Shown piece after piece: positions 39,561-52,950 of a DNA stretch of 64,000 nt (position 1 is the first letter of the stretch; the number at the start of each line of letters is the position of its first letter). The position numbers and the translations under genes are program-made. A model generated the notes under the pieces. That model saw only the letters and a list, made by a program, of their open reading frames with translations. It was not told the DNA's origin and did not search any database. Source of the stretch: Nageia nagi (Eukaryota; Plantae; Pinophyta); assembly GCA_050084985.1 (NCBI GenBank), contig JBITNC010000001.1:149916001-149980000 (forward strand), written 5' to 3'.

Positions 39561-40739
39561 CATACAAATAATTAAATTCAAAGTATAGATAAGGATAGGA
39601 ATACTCCTTATAACTTACTTGTTATGTTGATGTATTGTTATTTGACTTGATTTATGCCTTTGTAACCTAATGTTTACGCTAGCTTCAACACCGATGCTAG
39701 TGAATTTAAACTGGATGCTTCTATTATTGAAACTATAATATGTAACATGATATCTAAATATAAAAAAATATTTTCATACTTGATAGTTGCTGAAGTGTTT
39801 AATTTTGTGATGAATGGGTTGAACCCAAGATCGAATGTATGGGGAACACATCCTTATTTGATTGGATGTTCATTCATTCCTATAAAGACTTCATTATCTA
39901 ATATGTGTTAGTCCTTTATTAATTTTTAGACCACAATTAGTTAAAAGATTCATGAGTTTCAAGGTGAGGATGTGAATGCTAAGGAATGATAGCATGGGAG
40001 TTGGGTAGCCAATGCAGGCACTAATGTGAGCATGAATGTGAAGGTCCATTATGAATTTGGTCATAAAACATTTTAGCAATGAGCTTAAATGGCTTAAGGA
40101 GATGGTATTTCATGTTTTGGAGAGGCTAGAGGTAGAAGGTAGTAGTTAATTGGCATTTGCCTCGTTAATTATGTCCTATTTTGAGTTTAAATAGGTCAAA
40201 ATTATAACTTATTTATCACTTTCATTATTTGAATCCTGAGATTTGGTTCAGGAAAGTTTTATTAAATCTATTGAGGTGATTTAGAGTGTTGTGTGTGACA
40301 AGCAATGATAACTAAGTGATATTATTAGTGAATGGAAGTAATTTGGGTTAGTTTTATGGTTTTGACCTTGATTTTTTACCCAATTTTGGTTTTTAGGATG
40401 AATATTATGGAGCAAGAGAACCATAGGGCATATCTTCTCTGAAATAAGAGAGTTTCTACCCATGTGATAGGAATCTAGGGCCATCTTCTTATTTTTATTT
40501 TTCAAAATTTATAATTTTTGGGAAAAATAGATGAAAATCAAATGAAACCTAGGGTAGGGTTTTACACCTATAGCTTAGGTTAATTAGGTCTTAGAGACTA
40601 TATATGGTAATGAAGTTATAGTTTTACTAGATTGCAAGGGTAAAGGGATTTTTCCAACATTTTTTGAAAAAATTGATTGCAAAAAGCCTAGTGTGAGCAT
40701 TAACAGGGAGCTAGTGCAATAGAGTAAGTATTGAGATAG

Positions 40740-42790
40740 CAAAATGACTATCTAGTTGTGGCTATTATTTATGTTTGCTAAAAATAATGTAATAAAATTG
40801 CTACATTATATTTTTAATGAAATTACAATAAGATACTAATGAATACCTTGTTATTTTGTGATTGCAATATCATTAATTCCTATGGATCTCAAGCCTATGT
40901 ATTGGAGGTCAAAGAAATGTCTATCATGTAATAATAAGCTCATGGATGATGAGGTTGGTGTTATGAGACATGTTGATATGGTATGGGTCCTCCATGCTCC
41001 ATATGTTTAAGTGAAAAAGAAGCTACTCATGGCCTTGATGGAGATATGATTTGAAAGGAATAATACTTTTCATCTTCTTATTGAGGAGATCACCATAGTA
41101 CAAGAAGATATATGCAGGATCCTATGAAGAGGCAAACCATATTCTTTAAGGAGGGTATGATGGATGAATAATGCAAGTATTCATCCAATTATAATATTGG
41201 TCTTGTAGAGTATCCTAAGGGAAATAATGTTTCCTTCCTTCATTGTTCTTTTAGAAGTAAGATGTAAAGTTTTAGTTGAGTTCAATTAATCATGGTAGTG
41301 TGCATAAACAATATCATTTATCCATATGAGAATCATGAGTTCTTCCCACTTGGATTGATATGAATGGTTTATGAGATGACACATGGTCATCAATATACAT
41401 GGGCACATTACATCATAGCCTAGATTTACCATGATTTGCATAACTTTGTTATGATGTAGAAGAGTGGAAATAGGATGGCACGTTTATTTGTACTTCAATT
41501 TTAGGCTTGTGAATGTATCTTTATAGTTTAGCTTAGAGAGCTTCTCATGCATGGTATAGATATTGATCATTCAATGTGGTATCAATGGGAAAATCTTTAA
41601 AGATCACATTCCATAAGACCATTAAGGGTTACCGAAAGGTTATTGATAAGTTGATGGATGGTAAGTAATTTACCATATAGGGAATTTATAGACCATATGT
41701 GGGAATACCTTATTGGCCTAATGAGCTAAGGGATGAGCTAGATTAGGATTAAACACCTAGATACCTTTAGGTATGAAAGATATTTATTGAGCCTTATAGA
41801 CTTGAGAGGGTTATGAGGTTCTTTGGAAGGAGATAGGGTATTCCAATGGAATACAAGTTTATTTTGAGGATCAAGAAGTATAGAGCATATGATCCTAACT
41901 TGTATGTGACACCTCCTAAGTGAGAGGAGTGGCATCCTCCTCAATACCATGGGTTGAGGAGTGATACAAATAATTAGGGGGGTGAGGAACCCAATGGATC
42001 ACTTTTTGACTAGACTTACTTGACATGGTGGGTTGGAGTTAGACCAAATCCACTTGAACTATATGGAATAGAGAGTTTAGTGGAGGTTATGAAGGAAGAA
42101 GAGGAAGAGGGTGAAGGGGATGAGGAGGAGAAGCAAGATATGCAAGTAGATGAGCCACCACAATAAGGAGAGCATGGAGAATGGGATATGCCTATTCGAA
42201 TTCCCATCTTAGAGATACAACAATAGTTTGAGAATGAGATTAGTAAGTATACTTCTTTGTGTACCTACAATTAGTACTCATGCAAAAAATAATATAACTA
42301 ACATGCATGCTTTATATTTATTTTGTAAATAAAAATAAATTATAGTTGGATTATAATAAGGTGGAAAGATAACATGAATAGGATGTCCTATCTATCCTTA
42401 AGGAGTAGACTATTAAGAAGAACATGAAGATAGAGGGGTCGTAGGTTAGACCGGAGGGTCTAGAGCAAAGTGTGGAGGATCTACAAAAGATGAACTAGGA
42501 TTCACATAATAATAATTTATTGGGGATGATGGATCATGTTTTTGAATAAAATAAGAAGATAGAAGACTGGTTGAATGAGAAGTGATATCTACAAGCTCAA
42601 CTTGTAGCAATGGAGGAGCAAATTGGACCAAAGAGGCCAAGCTTTAGTAGAATGACCTCTAGGTATAAGAGCTTAAGGAGTGCTAGGAATCATCATGGTA
42701 CCACTAACAATGTTAGCAAAGGGAATTTACATGATTGTAGTTGGATGGTTGGATTTATTTTGAAAAGACAATGTAACACCCTATTTTTTT
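40740..42790 (+). pseudogene. Plant mobile domain (PMD, MAIN/MAIL-type) gene, antisense to gag in element D
   Basis: LLMALMEI*FERNNTFHLLIEEITIVQEDICRIL (~41020-41125; cf. LITALVERWRPETHTFHLPxGEMTITLQDV). YTWAHYIIA*IYHDL (~41395). LQF*ACE (~41495). Acidic tail at 42090-42140. Putative intron GTAAGT..TATAG at 42243-42345. Confidence 0.8.
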
Positions 42791-43779
42791 ATTAATATAA
42801 TTGAAATATATTATTATAAATGCATGAAATGTTTTATGAAATAGTCATGGTTTTATTGTTTAATACTTTGCTTTTTTTTAATCAGCTAAGTGTTAGGGTA
42901 TCTATATGGTTAATAATTACTTTGGTTATGTAATGAATAAATAATTAATATAATGGTCTATACATTACTATAAGGATCCTATATATAATAAAACAAAGTA
43001 AATTGAACCCAGTGTGGGCATTGGCATTTTTAGGCAAATAGGAGATATAGTTATAAATTATTAAGTCATGGTGATATAAAGGCATAAAAATTCATATTTT
43101 GGTAACATAAAATCAAGGTTTTAGCATCCTTGTGATTATGGGAATGGTAAGGTGGTAAGTGGGTGAAAATGAACCTAAATACCCATAATGAATTTAAGGA
43201 CCAAGTTCAAGTCAAAACTGTGTTCAAGCTATTAGGATGGGTGATGAGAGATAAGAAAGTTTCTACTATTTGAGAAATATGGTAAGGAAAATAGTGTAGG
43301 CACTAGTGTGATAGATAGGGAATGAAGCTAGGTAGAACCTATTTAGAACCAATATACTCCTCTAACGAAGTTTGGACACAAAAAAATGACAAGTTGGAGA
43401 AAGTTACAGATGGACCTAAGTGAAAAATTGTCAAATGGAACTAAGCTAAGTTTTTCTTAGTAAACAATGACAAACCCTAATAAGGCATAAATGATGACCT
43501 TTAAGAGGATATGGTTGACTTCAAATAACTATTGGCTTCTTCATATTTTGTAGGAAGTCCAACATGCATGTTGATATTAGCATCTATGCACAACTACAAA
43601 GGTATATGGGGGTGTGATTCCTAGTGTGCAACAAATGCCCTAGTGTGGTTAAGATAAAAAAAAGGTGGATTGCATCCTATAATAGATGTGGGGATCTAGT
43701 GATAATTTTACCATAAAACTAAAATAAATACACCTAGACTACTACATACATATCATAAAACTATAAGTGACTTGAATAT

Positions 43780-46530
43780 GAACAAAAAGGTGCACCTTTT
43801 TGCTATGGTGGAGGAATATTACTCATAATGTTGATGCTCATATTTGATTACTTGGATTTGATGAAAATTAGGAGTGGAATATTTAATATTCCCATGATAT
43901 TATTCTTCTCATGTTGAGGACCTCTCAATTTCTTTAGCTTCTCATCTAACTTTGGTTCCAGGAAAGAAACCTTCTTTTAATTAATTAGATCCTGAATCTT
44001 ATTAAGCAATGTCACATAATACTTTGTTGCATGTCCTCTTAATTGGTGATATTCACATAACTCATTTGATTGACACTCCTTTGGTACTCTTATTGTGAAG
44101 GATGGCTTATTTTTGGGCTTAGGTGGTAGAACCAATAACTTTCATTTAATCAAGGCCCTTGTGAACTTATCAATGTCATCATGGATAGGGGTAAATTTCC
44201 ATTTAGAAATTTTTTACCATTATCTATAGACTAATTTCTCTTTTTTTATCAAATTTTTGAACTTAAATTGATGCTAATTTTTGTTTTTATACTTTTTCCA
44301 CTTTGGCTACTATTTGTACTTCTTGTGACTCTTCATTTTTGTACTAATGTTGAGGTTGTGAAGGTGACTTATCCCTTTTTTTCATTGGTTTAGGTTTCTA
44401 ATCCATATCTGATATTGAATTGTTCCTTTTCAAATAATGCTTTTAGAAATGCATAAAGAAGTGGATTGTGATAATCAAAACATTTTTCTATGTGCTTTGT
44501 TTGAAGTACCTTAAGTAAGGCTATAATTTTCATGTCATCATCTACATGAATGTGATTAGCCTTTTTAATCCAAAATATGATAAACTTCTCAATAGACTAA
44601 TTTTCTATTTACTTTAGTTTCATCAAATCATTGAATGTTACCTTATTTGAAATATAAATATAATAATGATCACATAATATAGTCTTCAATTGTCCAAAAT
44701 TGTTAATACTAGCTTGTGGCAATTTACTAAACCATTTTTTAGCCTCTCCTTTTAGAGACAAAGAAAATAACTTGGCATGCAAGTCCTCATCCAAGGTGAA
44801 TAAATATACTTCATTAAAAAAAATGCATACATGAAGATAAGGATAAATAGTTCCATTAAATTTTATTAATTTCAATTCTTTGCTATAGATTAAGATAGTA
44901 TTTTGGATTTGCATACATAAGGGATTGTTGGCTTCCTTTCATTGAGTAGCTAGTCCTTGACCCTTTGCTATTTTCTTGACTTGTTGCTATAGCTCTTAAA
45001 TTTTGTCTTGAGATATTATTGGAAATGCATTCTCCAATGGTGGTGTTGGTATGACAACTTGAACAGATTCTCTTTCATTTTCCAAATGTTGTTCAAAAGT
45101 TTTACCTTCTTCAAAGGTTGTCAATTTTTATATAGGTTTGAAGATTTCGAAAGCTCCTATTTTATCATTCCTATCATGAATTATGTTCTATAACATGGAT
45201 GAGTTAAATCACCCTCTATTAGTATGAGGCATTAATATCATGTTTTTCCTATTTCACTTTAGAATATTTTTACATTTGATGTCATTTTCTTATTGATTCC
45301 ATCAAAGAATAGGTTGTATAGCTTGAACAAGTAGTCTATCTACTTCTTCTTCTTGATACTTTCACTCATATATACAAGTGTAATGGATTGGTTTCTTATT
45401 CTTGATATAAAATAAGACTATCTTGGTTTTATAATTATTTTGAACTCTTTGAAGCAACCATGTGTAGTAAGTATTTTATCTTTTCAAGGATACTGAAGCT
45501 TTCAATAGCTTGATCATCTATCAAATGGAGGAATTTGGTTTTGATCCTATTATCTTCCTCTAACTAATTTAGACATGGTGTATCAAATTATACTAGAAGC
45601 TTGTTGATTTCTTCATAGTTTCTAGGATCTTCTTGCTTACATTAATATTCAATAAAAATATTTGTATCTTCATCAAAATCTAGAACCTGTTCATCCTTTC
45701 TATTCTATGCAACTAGATCATTATCATTGTCTTCTAGAACTATATTATCAACCTAAGTTTCCTAATGAAGAAAAGCTTATAATGTATTAGGTTGAGAAAG
45801 CTTTTCATTGATGTTTTTTATTAGATTGACAATCTCTTTCTAATTTTCCTAATCCACATCTATCACAAGAATCACTAGAGGAATTGGAGTTATTAATTTT
45901 TCTTGAGGATTAGAGCCCATGCTAGGGTTGGTGCTTGCACTAACATAGGCATATGTGCTAGCTTTTGGAAATATAAATGGGTAAACATTTGTTATAGGTG
46001 TAAACCTATTTACAAAGAATACCAAATTTGTATTTTGAGGTGTAAGAGTCATATCATCAGGAGGCATGTTGTCCTTGTACCTATTACAATGCCATAACTT
46101 ATGTTATTTTGATACTTATTCATCTTTCAATGCATCAACTATATAATAATTTTTATCAATGGGTAATCCATTGAGAATCTTGATAAACCTATGCTTATTC
46201 TCCTTGGAATTCATAACTTTCTTAAATACCTCATTATCACCTAATCAAGAAATGATATCTTCTTTAGTAATGATAGGTGGTTATTGATTTGGAAGAGTTT
46301 GATATCTAGTATTATCTAAATTAATCCTCTTATTTATTTTCTAAGCTAAACTATCAAAGCTATCTACAAAAATCTCTTGATCTAAAGCACTATTTGTATC
46401 TTTTTTAGTTATCTTCTCATGAGAGTTTGTAGATGGTTATTTGGTGCAAATTGTTTCACTTCACCTTTGAACCACTTTAGGTCTACCAATTATTTTTCAT
46501 TTTGAAGTTTTATTGGTTACATGATTAGTA
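43780..46530 (-). pseudogene. gag: gag of element D
   Basis: ORF 44609..44914 reads KFNG..AKLFSLSLKGEAKKWFSKLPQASINNF. Zinc-knuckle remnant CEYHQLRGHATK at ~44020-44060. Confidence 0.85.
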
Positions 46531-46696
46531 TGAAGATGTAAATTTTTATTTCTAATAACAAAAATACCTAAGTAATATAGTGTGAAAATAAAACCCTTAA
46601 AAGGTTTGATATTGTTATAGAATTGTAGTTTCGAAAGAAACTTTTATTCTAACCCTAATTAAGAGAAAAAAATCCATTAACGGGTGGGCATCAATA

Positions 46697-47498
46697 TGTT
46701 GATATGTGTTTTGGTATCACCTAGGGTTTTTACTCTAAATGAAATAAATATACAAATATTTATATTATAATTTATCTAAGCTAGTTGACTCAAATAAACA
46801 TACTTGAATGAGGGAATACAACAATGCAGTAATAGAATAAATGAAATTACATTTGATGTCAAGATGTAAAATGAGATACATGCACTAAAGAGAAATGAAT
46901 CAAGTGAAAGATAAATACTTGTGTGTACTTACCTATGTTAATGCCAAGGATATTAAATATAAACTTATCAAAGAGTGGTGACCTTATTGCATGAACCCCA
47001 AGGCTAACTACAAAAGAAATGCCAACATGGGTGCTAATATCCGAGAGCTTAGTGTGGGCATGAATGCTAGCACAGGTGTGAATGTTCCTAAAGAATGAGG
47101 TTCACCAAAAAATATCAATAATAGTATATTTTATGTTAATTTGAATCAAGCATATGATCATGTAAGTGGATAACAAATATTTGATCAAGTGATAACAAGA
47201 TTCCAATCTCAATAGGTGGCATTTAGAAACACCCAAGTGTAGGGTACCAACTATCAAGATGTAATATTGACATGCTTTCCAAAAGTTATAGATACTTACA
47301 TTTATATCAAGATTGATTCACCATTCAAACCCTTGAATATTGGTTGAATTCATCCTAGTGTACCTAACATAAAATATAAGAACACAACCTGATAAATATA
47401 TGATAATAAGTAAAATATAAATAAAATGCAATTAAATGTGTATGTAAAGTTGCACCTAAGTGGTACCATGTTAAGGGGACCACTTTTAGGTATTAACA
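46697..47498 (-). repeat. 5' LTR of element D
   Basis: TGTTGA..TTAACA termini; PBS-like sequence adjacent. Confidence 0.88.
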
Positions 47499-49109
47499 CC
47501 CATACAAATAAGATGCAACATTTTTTATAATGTGCATAGGATCTATTAAATGTGCCACTAACAAGTTCTTATAGTATGGAAGTTTATAAAAGATTGATAA
47601 TCTTTTCATACCTACAAAATATGTATAAAGTCAATAATTTAATTACTAAAGTAATGAAATTGAAATATTATAAACATAATTTTTTATAATAAATAAACAT
47701 AATGATATTTTTTAAAAATTCACCTTTGGATAAGTCATCTTTTCTAATAAAAAATCATCTCTATCTTCATGCCATTATTCCTCATCAAATCTTCCCCAAC
47801 ATATGCCTTCACTTTGTTGGTACTTTTCCTATCAATTAATAGGAATTACATAATTAAGAGTGGTCATATAATAAAACTCACCATAAAATTGTGATGACTT
47901 ACACCCCAAAATTTATGATCCATTGATAAATAGTTTCTATTACCAAGGTATTCCATCTTCATTGTGGCTCTCGAATACCTTACTATGAGATTTTTAGTAC
48001 ATTGTGGGCAAGCATGATAACCTATTATGTGAAGGCATATAAAAAATTATTTATTTGAGAATATATTATCATTAGGTAAGAGAAAATCAAATATTTACAA
48101 TCAGTTTGATTTATTATACAATACAAATGTAATAAAGGTTATACATACTACACATACTTGAATAAAAAGTAAGTCATGAAAAGCCATGTATAGTCCAATA
48201 CAATATACCATGTAGTGTGAATTACCTCTATTAGATAGGTATAATTATATAAATCACATCATAAATTCCATTTCATAATTACATAAATTCATAAATTAAT
48301 GGTTCAAGATAGACATCCATATTTTTCAACTGATGTTTTCCAAAAACTATAAGAGTCAACATCAAATGTTCTTCTTTTATAAAAAACCATGGATGTAAGT
48401 TATATTTGACAATAAAAATAGGTCATAATGATATAATTATATTATTGTATAGAAAATGGATCAACACCATCAATTGTTAAACCCAATCTAACACTCCTAA
48501 GTTCATGACAAAATTTATCTAGCCATATCTCCTCTATATGTCTCATTACTCTACTATCTGCAAGAATGCACAATACATCATCTTTAGTTCTATATTTTTT
48601 ATGACAATATATATATTATGCAAGTGATTTACACTAAAACATTCAAATTAACCTACCAATGATTGGAGTATGGTGAACAACCTTTTAAGGAATAGTTTTC
48701 CTTTTTATTTCTTGTTGGTATCTATTTGCACTGCACTTTGGACATGTATTAAAACTTGCATATTATCCTCTATACAATATACAATTATTAATACAATCAT
48801 GGTATGAATGAAATTCTACATGTACATCCTTCAAAATTTCATGTGCCTTTCTACATGAAGTAGGGAGGACATTATCATTTGTAAGAACCTTCTCTATTAG
48901 TAAACTATAATAACACAAATACCAATAAAATTATTATGTCAAATAATAGAATATATTATATGTCATTATCATTTTTATATTAGATATAAACAAATATAAA
49001 ATAATTAGGATTTTAATGGGAAAAAAAATACATACTCAAGAAGATGAGTTAAACTTGTATCTAACCATTCATATTTAGCTTTTAAATTCATTAAAAGTAG
49101 TGTTATCGA
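47499..49109 (-). pseudogene. CACTA TnpD N-terminal exons (Transposase_21-like)
   Basis: LLLMNLKAKYEWLDTSLTHLL; YHDCINNCILYRG..CPKC..RY; ADSRVMRHIEEIW..RSVRLGLTIDGVDPFS; KNMDVYLEPLI; GYHACPQC; AHLIDPMHIIKNVA. The blocks are separated by AT-rich intron-like gaps. Confidence 0.9.
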
Positions 49110-50298
49110 TGTGACATCCCCCTTTGATCATTGTAATTAATTATGGAATCTCATGGATTCTTATTTGTAAATATTTATTTATTTATTTATGCTTTAATTA
49201 ATTACTTGGAATAAAAATATAAAGGTTGGACCCCACTATGAGGCCCAAGAGGAACATTTTCCTCCCAAGCATAGGCTAGTGTAATCTAACATTATTTTAT
49301 ATACTTGGAGATCTTGAGAAGTCATTATGGGCATCCCAAGGCTTGTTTAGCACTTATATGTAACTAGAGCATGGATATACATCTATTTCCCCCAAATTTG
49401 GATATAGGAGCACTTATCACATGCACCAACCTTGGGGAGAGACCCCCATGTTGGACCATTATGACTTCTAGATACCCACATATGCCTTCTAGACCCATGT
49501 ATGATCCTTAGACCTATGTTGAGCATAAGGATCCACTTTGAGCATGGGAAGGGTCCAAATACCCATTTTGGGCTTATAATAACCCTTGGGTACATTTGTT
49601 GGGATTTATGGGGATTCTAGGAATCCAACATTGGAACATGAAGGTTGGGTGATGACTTTGAGGTGAGATCTAGATCTAGTGTGAGCTATATTAGGCCTTA
49701 GAGCATCATTATTGGATATAATTGATTATTATTATTACTTATATCATTTAATGGACAAAATACTTGGAATAGCATCAAGAAATATCCCTAAGTGTAGCAT
49801 TTAGGATAATTAGTAGGTTGAGGGATCATGTTACTCTATAATTGAGGTGTAGCATCTTAGTACATCCGATCATATTTTGAGGTCATACTTCTACATTTAA
49901 TGATTTTGAAGTATGGTATTTCTATAGTAGAGCATCTAAGATTGAGGGAGTGAGTTTATCCCATCCATTAGTCTATTGTACTATCATTGATCATATTTAT
50001 GGAGGTGTTGTGCCCTAATTGGCTCCTAGGAGGCCAATTTTGAGCCTTGTAGGCATGGTATTGTATCATTTATAATAGTACATCATTAATACATTCATTA
50101 ATCATTTAGATTTAAATATTATATAATGTATTCTTCCATATTACAATGTTTAGGTATGATTTTAATTTATTCTTGTGTGATTCAAACATTAGTATTATTA
50201 TGTTATTTAAGCTTAAGTTGGATACCCTAGGCCAGACATTGGTGTTTACTTATTTGATTTTGCTCATTTGCACTTAAGGTTATTTTTGGGATCTTAAA
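49110..50298 (+). repeat. LTR 1 of element E
   Basis: TGTGACATCC start; homologous to 53396-54566. Confidence 0.88.
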
Positions 50299-50385
50299 GT
50301 TGTATCAAAGCTTATAGATCTGGTCAACATGTGAATGAAACTTGTAGTTCATAACTACTACACTAGATCAACCACTAAGAGAGAG

Positions 50386-52440
50386 ATGACCTCAACTAAG
50401 AAGAATAGAAAGATGCAACATGATGAAACCCCAACTAGAGCCACTCAAGATGAGGATTTCCAACCCTAAATGGATGATTTTTAGGATAGGAACATTTTTG
50501 GTGAGGAGAATTAGGTAGAGAGAGGAAAATTCACATTATATAGAAGAATAAGATTTACCCTAATTATAGATTCTCTACCATAGAGTAAGTTTAATGAGCT
50601 CATCTCAGCCATACATAATATGCCTGGTGTGATGACCACTATGTAGAAGTAGATGAACACCATCAATAAGTTCATTGGAGGTCAATAACTACCATAAAGA
50701 AAAGTGAGCCCCCCAATTCCTACTCTAGATGAAGAATAAGAGCCAAAGGAGGAGAATATAATGGAGAGAGAGCCAAGTTTGAGGAGATCTGGAATCCTAA
50801 GGGATAGATGATCCACTCATCACAAATCCATGGGTAACTAAGAAGATGCATTTTTGAGGTCCCATTATGATAGAGATCTGCATGGAACTAACCCTCTCCT
50901 AGGGAGGTTCCTAGAAGAGGATGTTGGGAAGATAGGGGAGAATCCCATTGCTACCAAACTATCCAAGCCCATGTTCACCAAGAAGTTCATAAATGAAGCA
51001 AAAAATTTGATCCCCAATCCTCTTGAGTTGAATCAAATATTTAGGGAATAATCTATGTTAGACATAAGACTAAGGAGGGACATGAATTCCAATGGATACC
51101 TAAAGATATTTGGGTTCAATGGAGGTATCTTGCATGGAACATAGTCCTAAATTAATTCATGGGGTGATAAGATTGATTTGCAGCAAAAGAATAATAAAAT
51201 GTTGATGCCCTTATATGCTGATAGACCTACTTCACTTTGAGTTTGCACATGCTGGAGGAGGATGTGATTCATTTTATATCTATGCATTTTGAGGGTGATT
51301 CCATAAAATGGTGGTATCATGGAGTGATCATCTAGGATTACTCATACATTACCTCTTTTGATGAGTTTTCTCAAAGATTGGTGAAGAGGTTTGATAAAAA
51401 GAGAGAGAATGACTACTTCAAAGAGTTGATATATCTAAAGTAAAAGGGTGTAATGGATGAGTATATGTTAGATTTCCAAAAACTTGCATTCATAATCCAA
51501 AACATTCTCTAGGAAATATTGACCTTCCTCTTCATAGAAGGGTTGATGGAAACTTTTCAAGGAATGGTTAAAGTTTCAACACCTAGAAACCTTGATTGGC
51601 ACCATTAGGGATGTTGATGACTTGGGGACAACCATAATGTCTCTCAAGGGAGATACACATATATAGAGTAGACCACTTGGAGTATATTTTTTAAGAAAGA
51701 GGATCCCAATAGGTCCAAACCCTTTATTTCTCCTTGAACAAGCCAATTGGATGCAACCACCAGGAGGAAATTAAGAGAAGAGGGAAAGTACTTCTACTAC
51801 TAGGAGATATGGTAGCTAGGATACCTTTGCTAAGGAAAAGGATAGAAGTACTACATTGAGGTATTTTTAGATGAAGAGGAGAAGGATTCAGATCTTTATA
51901 TTGGTATGGACATGTTGGACCAAGAGGCACATAAAGCAGAAGCTTCATTAAGGAGCATGATTATTTCACTCCATGGAGTGAAAAAGTACCTCATGTTGAA
52001 GGTAGTAGGGTAAGATGGTGGCCAATATGTGATCATATTAATCAACTTGAGAGTATCTCACAATTTCATTGATGCAAAATTTGTAGAGAAGAAGGGCCTC
52101 AAGACCAAAGGGTTTAAAGGTTTTATATTTTCCAATACTAATGGAAAACTCACTTTGGTAGACCAAATTATGGAAAGATTTATGGTGAAACTACAGAGCT
52201 ACATAGTGAGCGAATACTTCTACATATATCCTCTAAAGGGAAATACTCTCATCATCTTGGACGTGTAGTGGCTATTTGAGTTTGGGTAACATTCACACCA
52301 ATTACAATAATCTCACCATGAGTTTTGATATTGATGGTAAGATCCACACCTTGGAGAGAATTTGGGATGATTGCCCATAAGTCACCAGCAAAAGATTAGA
52401 GGTGATTGAGCAACATCAAAAAGGAAAATAAGAATAATAT
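50386..52440 (+). pseudogene. gag: gag and aspartic protease of element E, unit 1
   Basis: MHFEGDSIKWWYHG..ITSFDEFSQRLVKRFD..YFKELIYLK*KGVMDEY; protease IILINLRVSHNFID (cf. LIDSGATHNFI) ..IILDV*WL. Confidence 0.85.
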
Positions 52441-52950
52441 AAGCCCATGTTGGATATAGAGGGGCTTTTACACCATATTAGGAGTAATGATGAGCTCCTA
52501 CATCCCATGTTGGGCATGGAGAAGCCATGGTATCCGGTATTGAGCAAAGATGAGCTCCCACAACCCACAGTGAACATGGAGGGGCTTTTACATCTCATGT
52601 TAGATAGGGATGAGCCTAGGTACTTAATGTTGAGCATGGAGGGGATATTATATCCCAAATTTGGTTTGGAGAGGCTTAGGCACTCAACATTATACATGGA
52701 GGAGTTCTTCCATCCCACATTGGCCTAGAGATGATTAGGCATCCAACATCATGAATGGAGGAGTCTTGGAATCCCATGTTGGTTTTGAGGAGACTTGGAT
52801 ACCTAATGTTAGACATGAGAGATTCTTGGCATCCCAAATTGAGCATATAGGGATCATAACACCTCATGTTGGGCCTAGAGGAAGCTAGGAATCCCATGTT
52901 GGAAACTAAAAGAGATTAACACCCAACGTTGAGCCTAGGGAAGTCTTGGC
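52441..52950 (+). repeat. 30-bp (10-codon) tandem array, ~17 units, in the position normally held by RT/RH/INT
   Basis: Units such as CATCCCATGTTGGGCATGGAGAAGCCATGG recur every 30 bp (52501, 52531, 52561, 52591...). ORF 52447..52728 reads HPMLGMEKPW/YPVLSKDELP/QPTVNMEGLL... Confidence 0.92.

Larger units (their letters stand above)
37957..47498 (-). mobile_element. Element D: 9.5-kb pol-less Ty3/Gypsy (Tat/Ogre-like) element with gag and an antisense PMD gene
   Basis: LTRs 46697-47498 (5') and 37957-38730 (3'). PBS-like TTGATGCCCACCCG next to the 5' LTR (~46681-46694); PPT AAAGGGAGG next to the 3' LTR. Removing the element plus 5 bp restores the TnpD frame (SYLYG|YTIAIEYD). Confidence 0.88.

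Noticed and set aside
37952-47503. Perfect TSD for element D
   Set aside because: The flanks TTGAT and CCCAT match at only 2 of 5 positions. A 5-bp duplication is supported only indirectly by restoration of the TnpD frame.
10400-49200. CACTA terminal inverted repeats and TnpA
   Set aside because: No CACTA..TAGTG termini with subterminal repeats and no TnpA-like ORF could be identified; the ends are deleted or outside the window.
52441-52950. 30-bp periodic array as a CRISPR array
   Set aside because: Units are contiguous and degenerate with no unique spacers, there are no cas genes, and the context is a plant retroelement.
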